64,000 nt of DNA from positions 160,001 to 224,000 of the forward strand of contig CAVRAG010000007.1 of assembly GCA_963718895.1 (NCBI GenBank). The letters run 5' to 3'. Source of the DNA: an uncultured Nitrososphaerota archaeon. Lineage in GTDB: Archaea; Thermoproteota; Nitrososphaeria; Nitrososphaerales; Gagatemarchaeaceae. Below are positions 49,730 to 60,513 of this stretch, in pieces (position 1 is the stretch's first letter; every line of letters starts with the position of its first letter). Both the position numbers and the translations under genes were made by a program. The notes below the pieces were generated by a model that searched no databases, had not been told where the DNA came from, and saw nothing but the letters and a program-made list of their open reading frames with translations.

Positions 49730-50762
49730 CCGGAAAGGCGCAGAGAGCCAACGCGCACTCCGGCGCCCCGGACCACGGACCCTATCTTGTCTGCGGGAAA
49801 CCCGCGCTTCCTGAAGACCCTCGCGACCGGCCCGGCTTCTTCGGGTGGGACGACTACGCACAGCCCCACGCCCATGTTGAAGGTTCTCAGCATGTCCGAG
49901 TCCGAGAGAGCGCCCTCGGTCTGGATCATCCGGAAGATGGGTGGCGGCTGAGGGAGTTCCAGCGAGAACCCCAGGTTGCGGCCTCCGACGAGCCTGCTGA
50001 GCTTCCGGAACGAGCCGCCCGTTATGTGGCCCATGGCGTGGACCTCGTGCGTCGCCAGGGCCTCCAGGGCGGGTCTGACGTAGATCCTCGTGGGCGTGAG
50101 CATCGCGTCGCCCAGCGTCGACCCGAGCTCTTCGACGTGTTCCCCCAGGGCGTGTCCGGCTTGAAGGACACTGCGTGCCAGCGTGTACCCGTTCGAGTGC
50201 AATCCCGAGCTTGCCACGCCGACTACGCAGATCGCCCTCGGCGACGGCGGACCCGTCCAGGATCCTGGCTCTCTCAACCACTCCAACCCCCATCGAGACG
50301 AGGTCAAACCCCTTCACGGAGTTCCCCATTATGGCCGTCTCGCCCCCGACGATTGCGGTCGACGCCTCGCGGGCGCCTGCCACCAGCCCCTCCATGAGCC
50401 TGGAGACGAGCACCTCGTCCTCCTTCTCGAGCGCGATGTAGTCGAGCAGTGCCACCGGCTCGGCCCCGATGCAGATTAGGTCGTTGACCGTCATCGCGAC
50501 GCAGTCTATCCCGACGGTCTCGTATCTGTCCATCTGGATGGCGAGCTGGACCTTGGTCCCGACGCCGTCGGTGTGCATCGCGAGCGCCCGGCCGCCCCCG
50601 ATGTCTATCAGCCCCGCATAGTGGCCTATTCCCATCAGGGGCATCCCGAACCTGCCCTTGCGGGTGGAGAAGGTGCGGGCCAGGGACGCGGCCACGGAGC
50701 CCTGTATCTTTCTCACTCGGGCCACGTCCACGCCCGCCCTGGCATAGGCGTCTCTTCTTCAT
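49726..50762 (-). CDS. purM: AIR synthetase (frameshifted)
   Basis: TDGVGTK, AMTVND, GGETA, SSGLHSNG, HITGG, TFNMGVG. Confidence 0.92.
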
Positions 50763-50780
50763 GTGGTCGCCCGACCCCGC

Positions 50781-51619
50781 TCAGAGCGTCCTGCCGCTCA
50801 ACACCTCGTAGATGTGCACGTATCGGTCGCTCACGAGCGAGATCGAGTTCCGGGGGGAGCGTGGGTGGGACTGGAGTCGGTCCCCCGCTCTTCCGCGCCC
50901 GGTCGAGACTCTCCTTGTAACCCGCGGCGATCAGCCAGTCACGGACAGGCTGCTTGTCGTAGCTGTCCTGGGACTTGCCGGGAGCGTACCTCTCGGAGGG
51001 CCACATCCTGAACTCGTCCGGCCCTATCGAGTCTCCCAGCAGCACCCTGCCGTCCCTCCTCCCGAATTCCAGCTTCAGGTCGGCGAGTATGAAGCCCGAG
51101 TCCAGGGCCTTCTGGCTCATCTTGCCGTAGATCGAGACGGTCGAGGCCTTCACCTCGCTCCATCTCGGAGGCGCTCATCCTTCCCTCACGGACTATCTCC
51201 GCCTCGGTGATAGGCTCGTCCTTCACCTCGGACTTGGTCGTCGGGTCGAAGTACGGGGCGGGGAGCTTGGCTGCGAGAACCTTGTCTACGGGGAGGGAGA
51301 CCTCTCCCTTGAGGAGCCGGTCGTAGAGGCTCCCGTAGAGGTACCCCCTGACCACGCACTCCACGGGGATCATCGTCATCTTCTGGACGACCATCATGTT
51401 GGGGCCTTCGGTGGAGACCATGTGGTTCGGAACCCCCAGGGACTCGAACCAGAACGCGGAGAGCTTGCAGAGGACCTCGCCCTTTCTCGGGATGGTCGAC
51501 GGGAGCACGACGTCGAACGCCGAGACCCTGTCGGTGAAATAGAAGAGCAGGTGGTCCGCGTCCAGCTCGTAGATGTCCTTGACCTTCCCGGAGCGGAGGA
51601 AGGTCCCCCGGGGGGTCAT
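50781..51619 (-). CDS. purC: SAICAR synthetase (frameshifted)
   Basis: [38 protein letters not shown]. Confidence 0.92.
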
Positions 51620-52059
51620 CTCCAAGCCGCTCTCATCCTCGCCAGCCGCTCTGCGACCCCGCTGTCGTTTAGGGCCAGTATCTCGGCGGCGAGAATCCCG
51701 GCGTTCCGGGCGTTGTCCACGCCGACGCAGGCAACCGGGACACCCGGGGGCATCTGGACGATGGAGAGCAGGGAGTCCAGTCCGTTGAGCTTGACGCTAA
51801 CGGGGACGCCTATCACGGGCCTCAACGTCATCGAGGCCACAACACCTGGCAGGTGGGCGGCCAGTCCCGCCACAGCGATGAAGACCTTGGCGTCAGAGCT
51901 CGTGACGTATTCCCGCAGCCCCTCGGGATTCCGATGCGCCGAGATGAACCTCACCTCGTGAGGCACCTCCAGCTCCGTCAGTATCTTCGAGGCCTCGTCC
52001 GTGACCGCCTGGTCACTCTTGCTTCCAGCTATTATGGCGACGTTCAGTTTCTGTGACAT
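51616..52059 (-). CDS. purE: N5-CAIR mutase / AIR carboxylase
   Basis: [27 protein letters not shown]. Confidence 0.95.
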   Translation of the reverse strand: MSQKLNVAIIAGSKSDQAVTDEASKILTELEVPHEVRFISAHRNPEGLREYVTSSDAKVFIAVAGLAAHLPGVVASMTLRPVIGVPVSVKLNGLDSLLSIVQMPPGVPVACVGVDNARNAGILAAEILALNDSGVAERLARMRAAWR

Positions 52060-52060
52060 A

Positions 52061-52642
52061 TCATTCACCAACCGGTCTCCTCGCGAACCTCAGGACCCTG
52101 CTCTCGGTGACGACGAGGTCCAGGGGGACGTCCGAGGGTACATCGGGGATCGCAGGAACTCGCTGAGACTCAAGGGCGAGCCCGACCGCGACCGAAGGTC
52201 CGCGCTCCGCCAGCGCGCGGTCGAAGTAGCCCCTGCCGTAGCCTATGCGGTGCCCGCGGTCGTCCCATGCCACGAGCGGGACGAGGACCAGGTTGCTCTC
52301 CTCGAGGGCTACGGCCACCGAATCTCGACTCGGTTCGAGAATCCCGAACCGTCCCGGAGAGAGCTCCTCGAGTCCGCCTATCTCGAAGAAGATCAGGGAC
52401 CTTGAAGAATCGTCGACCAGAGGGACTGCGACGCGCTTGCCATCGGCGAGCATCCGCCGTATCAGCTCAGGGGTCTGGACCTCGTAGTCCCTTGAGACGT
52501 AGCAGACGACGAGACGGGCGTCGCGGTATTCGCCCAGGGCGGCCAAGTTCTCCCGCACCAGCAGGCTCTCGCGGGTCAGCTGGGAGAGGGAGATCTTCCT
52601 CCTGGAGTGAAGGGCTTCTGCCCGAAGCTCATCCTTGCTCAT
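52061..52642 (-). CDS. 5-formyltetrahydrofolate cyclo-ligase
   Basis: [23 protein letters not shown]. Confidence 0.92.
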   Translation of the reverse strand: MSKDELRAEALHSRRKISLSQLTRESLLVRENLAALGEYRDARLVVCYVSRDYEVQTPELIRRMLADGKRVAVPLVDDSSRSLIFFEIGGLEELSPGRFGILEPSRDSVAVALEESNLVLVPLVAWDDRGHRIGYGRGYFDRALAERGPSVAVGLALESQRVPAIPDVPSDVPLDLVVTESRVLRFARRPVGE

Positions 52643-53522
52643 ACCTTCAGCACCGATGCCTCCTTCAGTCCGTGCTGCTTCGCGGCCGCGACGAGGGTGT
52701 TCTCCATCAGCATCACCACGGTCATGGGTCCGACGCCTCCGGGAACCGGGGTGATGTACGAGGCCTTCGGAGAGACGTCCTCGAAGTCCACGTCCCCGAC
52801 GAGCTTCCCTCCGACCCGGTTCATGGCGACGTCCACGACGACCGCCCCGTCCCTGACCATGTCACGCGTGATGGAGAACTGGGGCCTGCGGCCCACGGCG
52901 GAGATGAGGATGTCCGCCTGGCGCGTTATCCCCAGGAGGTCGCGGGACTTGGAATGGCAGACCGTGACGGTCGCGTCCTCGGCGAGGAGGAGGTGGAAGA
53001 GCGGCTTGCCCACCAGAGCGCTCCTGTTGATGATGACGGCTCGGCGCCCGGCGATTGGGATCTTGTAGTGGTGGAGCAGCCCCATCACCCCCCTGGGCGT
53101 GCAGGGTATCAGGCTCGCCTGGCCGTAGAACGAGCCGGCCCATGTTCTCGGAGGTGAGGCCGTCGACGTCCTTCTCGGACGAGATCCGTCTCGATCATTC
53201 TCCGGCCGTCGAGGTGCTGTGGGAGGGGGAGCTGGAGCAGTATCCCGTTACCGAACGGTCGGCGTTCAGAGAGTCGATGAGGTCGGCCAGCTCCTCCTCG
53301 CTTGGCGATCCCGGAGAGAGTGTGGTTCTCCGACCTTATCCCTATCTCCTCGGCGGCCTTGTGCTTGCTGGCGAGGTAGACCTTCGAGGGGGCGTCGTCC
53401 CCTACGAGGATGGTGGCTATCTTCGGCTCGACCCCCACCTTCTTCATGTACTCGGCCTCCTCCTTGAGGGTCTGCTTCGTCACAGCCGCCACGGACTTCC
53501 CGTCCATCAGGATCGCGGTCAC
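52639..53522 (-). CDS. folD: Methylene-THF dehydrogenase/cyclohydrolase (frameshifted)
   Basis: [40 protein letters not shown]. Confidence 0.92.
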
Positions 53523-54143
53523 TGTCTTGCGCTCACCTTCCTTCCCTTCAATGCTAAGTTTCCCCTCGACAAAAAGCTTCACGGCGTAGGGGTAGATGCA
53601 CGTGTTCCTGCTTGAGAATCCTCGCGGAGAGGCTCTCAAGGGTGTCGCCCTCCACCACCTCGACGGCCCTCTGGAGGATGATCGGCCCGGCGTCCACCTC
53701 GGGGACGACGAAGTGGACCGTGCACCCCGTGACCTTCACTCCGTACTCGAGCGCCTGCTCCTGCGCTTTCAGGCCGGGGAACGACGGCAGGAGCGACGGG
53801 TGGATGTTGAGAATCCGCCCGCTGAATCTCGAGACGAACTCCGGTGTCAGGAGGCGCATGAAACCTGCGAGCAGGACCAGCCCCGAGGACGGCTCGACCC
53901 CGTGTCTCATGAGAGCGTCCTCGAGCCTCCGGTCGTAGGCGGCGCGCTCCAGCCCCTCCGCCCTCGATCACCTCCACGGCAGCGCCGTACTTCTTCGCGA
54001 TGTCGAGCGCGCGCGACTCCCGGCTTGTTGCTGATAACCACCTCGATGGTCGCGTCCTTGATGAACCCGCTCCGTGTAGCCTTGAGAAGGGCCTCGAGGT
54101 TCGAGCCCCTGCCCGAGACGAGGACGCCGATCTTGCAGGTCAA
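53519..54143 (-). CDS. purN: GAR transformylase (frameshifted)
   Basis: VSGRGSNL, LAGFMR, NIHPSLLP, GCTVHFV, DAGPII. Confidence 0.93.
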
Positions 54144-55585
54144 CGCTTCATCTCCTTCTTGGTCTTGAGGTTCGGAGTGATCCCGAGCTTCGAGTAGTCC
54201 CCGTTGATGCATGCGAAGCAGAGGCTCGACTGCGGGAGCCCTATCGCCTCGGCTGAGCCCCTCGATGTCGTTGTAGTGGAACTCCTCCACTCCTATGGCC
54301 CTCGCCCACCTTGTTGCCCATCGTCGCGATGCTGCGGTCGCCGTTCGCGACCTGGTGTGCGAGGAGCTCCTCCCTGCTCGGGAAGTCGACGCCCATGTAG
54401 CACGGGTAGGCATATCGGCGGGAAGGTTACGACCATCTTGACGCGTCTTCGCGCCGGCCTTCTTGAGCGAGTCGACGATTATCTTCGGAGCTCGTCCCCC
54501 TCACGACGCTGTCGTCGACCACTATCACGTCCTTCCCCTCGATCGCCTCGCTTGATCGGGATGATCCTCTTGACGACCTCCTCCCGCCCGCTCTGCCTGG
54601 GCTCGATGAAGCTCCTCATGCTGCCCTTCCTGCGGTACCGGTCCTTCATCAGCCCCTCGTCCATCGGGATCCCGCTCTCGACCGAGTAGCCGAGCGCGGC
54701 GGGGCTCGCCGAGTCTGGGACGGGTATGACGACGTTCCCCTTCATCTTGTACTTCCTGGCGAGGATCTTGCCGACCTTCTTCCTCGCCTCGTAGACGCTG
54801 ACGCCGTTCACCCTGGACGAGGGATGGGCGAAGTAGGTGTACTCGAAGGAGCAGTAGGCGCTCTCTGACCTTGGGCGCGAACCGGAACGACTCGAGCCCT
54901 CTCTTGGGCCCGCCCAGCCTGACCATCTCTCCCGGCTCGATGTCCCGGACGAACTCGGCGTCGACGGCGGTGAGGGCGCAGCTCTCCGAGGCGGCGACGT
55001 AGGTGCGGGACTTCTGGTGGTAGCCCGAGGCAGAGCGGCCTGTAGCCCCGCGGGTCCCTCACCGCGAAGACCTCGCCCCGCTTGTTGAGTATGGCGAACG
55101 AGTAGGCCCCTATCAGCTCCTTGGCGAGCCGCTCGAAGGCCCAGAACCAGTCGTTCTCCTCCTTCAGGATCTGGAGGAGCCTGTACCCGGCCGCCTTGGT
55201 GTCGGTGCCGCACTTGCCCTTGTAGGTCGACGAGACGGCCTGCTGCGAGCTGCTCGGCGTTGACGATGGTCCCGTTGTGGGCGATGCAGAACTCCGTCCC
55301 GATCTGGACCGGCTGGGCGTTGTCGAGGTTCGACCGGCCCTTCGTGGAGTAGCGGACGTGCCCTATCCCGGCGGCGCCCTTGTATCCGGAGAGCTCCTGG
55401 GCGTAGTTGACCAGTTGAACGCGAGGCCCATCCTCTTGAAGACGGGCTTGCCGGGCACCGCTATGCCCCAGGACTCCTGCCCCCTGTGCTGCAGCGCCTC
55501 CAGGCCCTTCAGGAGCTTCGGGACGACGTCGACGCCCTTGGTGGAGTAGGCGCCCACGACGCCGCACAGCCTCCCTGGCGCCCAT
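54140..55585 (-). CDS. purF: Amidophosphoribosyltransferase (frameshifted)
   Basis: CGVVG, LQHRGQE, GHVRYST, HNG, CSFEYTYF, VPDS, VDDS. Confidence 0.92.
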
Positions 55586-57785
55586 CAGTCCATCAACCTC
55601 CGGATGGTGCCTTCGTAGCTCCTGCGGAGGGCGGCGATCTCCAGGTCGGCGACCGGCTTCGCGCCCCAGTCGAGCCTCAAGGCGTCGCCTCCGACTCGTC
55701 CCACCAGGCCGTGCGGAAGCCTGCGCCTCGGTCAGCCGCCGCGACACGGCCCCGGGATCCTCGGCCGTCAGGACGAACGGCCGTGCGACTCTGAGAAGAG
55801 ACGGTCGGACGGTCTGGTCGATGAGGATGGCACGCTCTTCAGGTCGATCTTGGCTCCCCGGCCCCCTGCGATGGACATCTCGGCCAGGGCGACTGCGAGG
55901 CCCCCCTTCGAGCAGTCGTGCACCGCCCCTGCGGCGCCGGAACGGATCAGCCCGATGATTGTGCGGTTGAGAACTTTGTCAGAGGAGGGCGACGCTTTCG
56001 GCACAGCGCCGACGTCTAGCCTGCCCAGCAGACGATGGTACTCGGAGCCCCCGAGCTCCGCTCTCGTGCGCCCCACCACAATCACGGAGTCTCCCTCTCC
56101 CCTGAACGCCATGGAGACGAGGTGCCTCTTATCCCTGACCAGACCGACGACCAGGGCTATCGGAGACGGCTTGATCGCCACCCTGGACGTCGAGTCCTCG
56201 TTGTAGAAGCTAACCTTCCCGCCCACGACCGGGAGCCCGACGGCCGTGCAGTAGTCTGCCATCCCCCGAATCGACTCGCGGAACGACCAGTAGACCTCGG
56301 GGTCGGAGGGGTCTCCGAACTGGAGGTGGTCGACCAGCGCGATCGGCTCCGCCCCCACAGCCACCACGTTCCTGCAGGCCTCCGCGACGCACCCCGCGGC
56401 CCCGTTGTACGGGTCGAGGGACGAGTGCGCGCTGTTCCCGTCGCCCTTGACCGCGAGCAGGCTCCCGTTGGGGAGCCTCATCAGGGCGGCGTCCGCCTGA
56501 CCCGGCTTGAGCACCGTCCTGACCCCGACCTCGTGGTCATACTGCTGGTAGACCCACCTCTTGCTCGCGATGTTCGGCGAGGCGAGCAGCGAGACGATGG
56601 AGCGGCCGATCTCAGGCGTGGGAAGGGTCACCCTCGTCCGGCGAGCCTTGTTGGAGGGCTTCCTGCTGGGCCAGGGGATGAGCGGCGCCTTGACCACGAA
56701 CTGGGCCGGGAGGTCTGCGACCACCTTCCCCTTCCACCTCAGCGTGAGGTTGCCGTCGTCGGTGACTCGTCCTATGACTGAGAACGGGACCTCGTACTTG
56801 CGGAGGATCTCGAGTACTCGGCTCCGAGGATCCGGGCGAGAGGACCAGGAGCATCCTCTCCTGTGACTCTGATATCATTATCTCCGTGGGCGACATGTCG
56901 TCCTCGCGGCAGTTCACCTTGCTGAGCTCGACGTCCACGCCCGTCCCACCGCTGGACGCGACCTCGGAGAGCGCCGTCGAGAGGCCCCCGCCCCCCAGGT
57001 CCTTCATCCCTCTGATCGTCCTCGTGCTCGACGGCCTCGAGCAGGGAGTCGAGCAGGAGCTTCTTCATGAACGGGTCGGGGACCTGCACGGAGGACCGGT
57101 CCTCCTCTGCGTCGTCCGAGAGGTTCTTCGAGGCGAACGTCGCGCCCTTGATCCCGTCCCTCCCCGTGCTCCCTCCGATCAGGACGAGGACGTCTCCCGG
57201 GGTCTTCGCCTCCCCGAGGATCAGGTCATCCTTCCTGCCCACGCCCGACGCACGCCACGTCGACGAGGCAGTTCCTCTCGAAGCTCTCGTCGAACTCGAT
57301 ATCGCCCGCCACGGTCGGGACCCCGGTGCAGTTGCCGTAGTCGGCGATGCCTCGGACGACGTTCCTGAAGAGCCATCGCGAGTGGCGCGCTCTTGTCTAT
57401 CCTTCCGAACCGGAGCATGTCCACCAGGGCGATGGGCCTGCGTCCCCATCGAGAGGATGTCCCGGAGCACACCGCCGATCCCTGTCGAGGCTCCTCCGTA
57501 GGGGTCAACGGCCGAGGGGTGGTTGTGGCTCTCGATGTGCAGGGTCACGACGTAGCCGTCGCCGACGTCGACCACGCCCGCGTCGTACCCCGGCCCGAGC
57601 ACGACCCTCTTCCCCTTGGTGGGGAAGAGCCTCAGGAGTGCCTTCGAGGACTTGTAGCTGCTGTGCTCAGACCATTCGGCGTCGATAATCGACCACTCGA
57701 TCTCGTTTGGTTCCCTGCCGAGGCCCCGTCGCACGGTCGCTATCTCGCTGGGGGTCAGGCCTAGCTGGAGTGCCTCGAGGCTCAT
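55585..57785 (-). CDS. purL: FGAM synthase subunit PurL (frameshifted)
   Basis: [51 protein letters not shown]. Confidence 0.93.
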
Positions 57786-57786
57786 C

Positions 57787-58487
57787 TCACGTGGCCCTCT
57801 CGAGGAGCGATGCGAAGATCAGGCGTCCGTCGGCCGAGCCCGAGGGACTGAGAAGCGGGTCGGATGCCGCGTCTCGGGGTGGGGCATGAGGCCGACCACG
57901 TTCCCCTGTTCGTTTGAGACTCCGGCGATGTTCCGCGAGGTGCCCGTCGGGTTCGCGCCCTCGAGGACCGCCCCCTTTTCGTCTGTGTATCTGAAGACAA
58001 TCCTCTTGTTCCTCTCGAGCTCCTTCATCACGTGCTCCGGCGCGTAGTATCTCCCCTCCCCGTGCGCTATCGGCATCCGAAGTACCTGGCCTTCGCGGGC
58101 CAGGAGGGTGAACGGGGTCCTTCGGGAGCTCGACCCTTACGTTCACCCAGTCGCAGACGAACTTCAGCGAGGAGTTGCGGAGGAGCGCGCCGGGCAGGAG
58201 GCCGGCCTCCACGAGTATCTGGAAGCCGTTGCAGATGCCGAGGATGGGCGTGCCGCGCTCGGCCATCTTCTTGACCTCTGACATCGCCGGGCTGCGGGCC
58301 GCGATAGCGCCCGCCCTGAGGTAGTCTCCGAACGAGAAGCCGCCAGGGAGCACGACGGCGTCGTAGCCGCCCAGCCGGTCGCTTTCGTGCCAGACCAGTT
58401 CCGGGGAAAGCCCCGGATCTCCCTCATCGAGGCGACGGCATCGAGGTCGCAGTTGGACCCCGGGAACCGTACGACGGCGACCCTCAT
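57787..58487 (-). CDS. purQ: FGAM synthase glutaminase subunit PurQ (frameshifted)
   Basis: [37 protein letters not shown]. Confidence 0.93.
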
Positions 58488-58762
58488 GCAGATTGTCGCC
58501 CCGCTTCCACGAGGAGGGAGTGAGCGGCAGGGTTGTATATCCTGAGATCGTCGCACATCTTCCTAACCAGCGCCTCAGCAGTCTTCCTGTCCAGGGCCTC
58601 GACATCGATCCTGAGGGACTTGCCGGCGCGGATGCTCTTCACGTCTCCAAAGCCCGACCTGTGGACAAGGTCTCGGAGTATGGTCTCGCCTTCGGGGTCA
58701 CGCGCCCCTTCCTTGTTGGAGATAACCACGCTCACGTGAAAGATGCGCTTCTTGGTCGTGAT
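58484..58762 (-). CDS. purS: FGAM synthase subunit PurS
   Basis: DPEGETI, IRAGK, IYNP; start uncertain (GTG 58735 or ATC 58762). Confidence 0.9.
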   Translation of the reverse strand: MTTKKRIFHVSVVISNKEGARDPEGETILRDLVHRSGFGDVKSIRAGKSLRIDVEALDRKTAEALVRKMCDDLRIYNPAAHSLLVEAGRQSA

Positions 58763-58780
58763 TGGTGATAAAATTCCTCT

Positions 58781-58853
58781 CTATTTAAGTGACTTTTATC
58801 TCGGGAGTGTTAAACGCGCCAGGCGCACGTCAAAACTGACAATAACAAGTCAC
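58781..58853. promoter_or_regulatory. Divergent purS/purH promoter region with inverted AAGTCAC motifs
   Basis: TATTTAA at 58782-58788, AAGTGACTT at 58787-58795, AATAAC followed by AAGTCAC at 58841-58853. Confidence 0.4.
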
Positions 58854-58870
58854 GCCGCCCGCATCCCGTC

Positions 58871-60479
58871 ATGGACGATAATCTTGTAGAGGTGAAGACG
58901 GCCCTGATCAGCGTCGCGGACAAGACGGGGTTGGTCGATTTCGCGCGTGAGCTGACGGCCTTCAAGGTCACTCTGCTCGCCACCGGCGGGACCCACTCGG
59001 CGTTGAAGGAAGCAGGGCTGCCCGTACGGAGCCTCCAGGAGGACATGAACCTGCCCCAGGCTCTCTCCGGCAGGGTGAAGACCCTGCACTCGCCGCTCTT
59101 CGGCGCCATCCTCGCCAAGAGGACCCCCGAGCACCTCGCCGAACTCCGGGCGATGAAGGTCGACCCCATCGACTTGGTCGTCGTCAACTTCTATCCCTTC
59201 GAGAGGGTCGTCAGGGACAGGAGCGCGGACGAGGAGAAGGTCATAGAGAACATCGACATCGGAGGTCCTTCGATGGTCAGGGCCTCCTCGAAGAACTTCA
59301 GGTACGTGACGGTCGTGCCTTCTCCCGCGCTCTACGGATACGTGGTCGAGGAGCTGCGGGCGAACTCGGGGCGGACGACCCTCGCGGCGAGGAGGCGCCT
59401 CGCCCTCGAGGCGTTCTCCATAACCGCGTCCTATGACGCGGCGATTTACAACGGACTCTGGAGGAGGCTGCAGGCCGATGCAGGGCTCCCCGGGAGATAC
59501 CTCCTCTCCGCCTCCAAGTTTCAGGATGCGAGGTACGGGGAGAACCCCGACCAGCGGGCGACGATCTACTCCATCGACGGTGCCCGCGGCATGACGGGAT
59601 GGAAGCAGCTCGCCGGCGAGACGCTCTCTTTCAACAACTACCTCGACATCGGGTCCGCCTACGACATCCTGACGGGGTTCGAGGGGGTCCCGGCAGCGGC
59701 CACGGTCAAGCACGGCAACATCAGCGGCTTCGCTTTCGCCCCGACCGTCTCGGAGGCCTACTCGCTCGCCCACTCGTGCGACCCGGAGGCCGACTTCGGG
59801 GGGACGGTGGTCCTGAACAGGGAGGTCGACCTCGAATGCCGCGACGCTGATCGGGAAGAACGAGGGGTTCAAGGACACGTCCGTGTACACCGAGATTCTG
59901 ATCGCGCCTAAGTTCGGAGAGGAGGCTCTCGAGCGCCTAAGGTCGAAACAGAAGAAGAAGATCAGGATAATCCAGAGCACGACGGGCACGGACTATCCCT
60001 ACGACCTGAAGCTGCTGGAGGGGGCCGTGCTCCTGCAGGAGTCCGTAGACTATCGGGACAAGCTCGATGAGAGCAAGCTCACATTCCCGACGAAGGCTCA
60101 GCCCGAGGAGGCGGTGAGAGCGAAACTCCTCGCGGCCTGGGAGGTCGTAAGGAGGGTCCCCTCCAACGGCATCGTCATCGCCGATGGGAGGTACGACAAC
60201 GGCCTCACGCACTTCTGGACGCTCGGGGTCGCGAGCTTCCGGAAGAGGAACGGGGCCGTGCGGATAGCCCTGGAGAACGCCGGTGAAAGGGCGAGAGGGG
60301 CGGTCTGCGCCTCGGACGGGTTCTTCCCGTTCAGGGACAACATAGACCTGCTGGGGAAGGCGGGGGTCAGGTCCGTGGTGCAGCCAGGCGGTTCAGTCAG
60401 CGACCCTGAGGTCATAGCGGCCGCCGACGAATTCGGGATTAGCATGGGGCTCACCCACGTCCGGGCGTTCAAACACTGA
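58871..60479 (+). CDS. purH: Bifunctional AICAR transformylase/IMP cyclohydrolase (frameshift near 59840)
   Basis: ALISVADK, ATGGT, GRVKTLH, IENIDIGG, RYGENP, SFNNYLD, SDGFFPF, QPGGS, RAFKH. Confidence 0.92.
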
Positions 60480-60513
60480 CGCGGCCGTCGCGCCCGGGAA
60501 CACGGCCGCGTCA
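60477..60513. terminator. Perfect 12-bp inverted repeat spanning the convergent purH/purD junction
   Basis: TGACGCGGCCGT-N13-ACGGCCGCGTCA; the outer ends of the arms are the two stop codons. Confidence 0.45.

Noticed and set aside
58770-58870. ZMP/ZTP (pfl) riboswitch upstream of purH or purS
   Set aside because: Only fragments resemble it (GTGACT, CGCCTGG). The conserved GACUGGCG, P2 stem and CGCCUGGGC arrangement is absent.
43633-60479. Mass pseudogenisation or programmed frameshifting of acs and the pur genes
   Set aside because: Small indels are scattered while catalytic motifs stay intact and no shared slippery site is evident. This fits low-coverage long-read error; read mapping would confirm.
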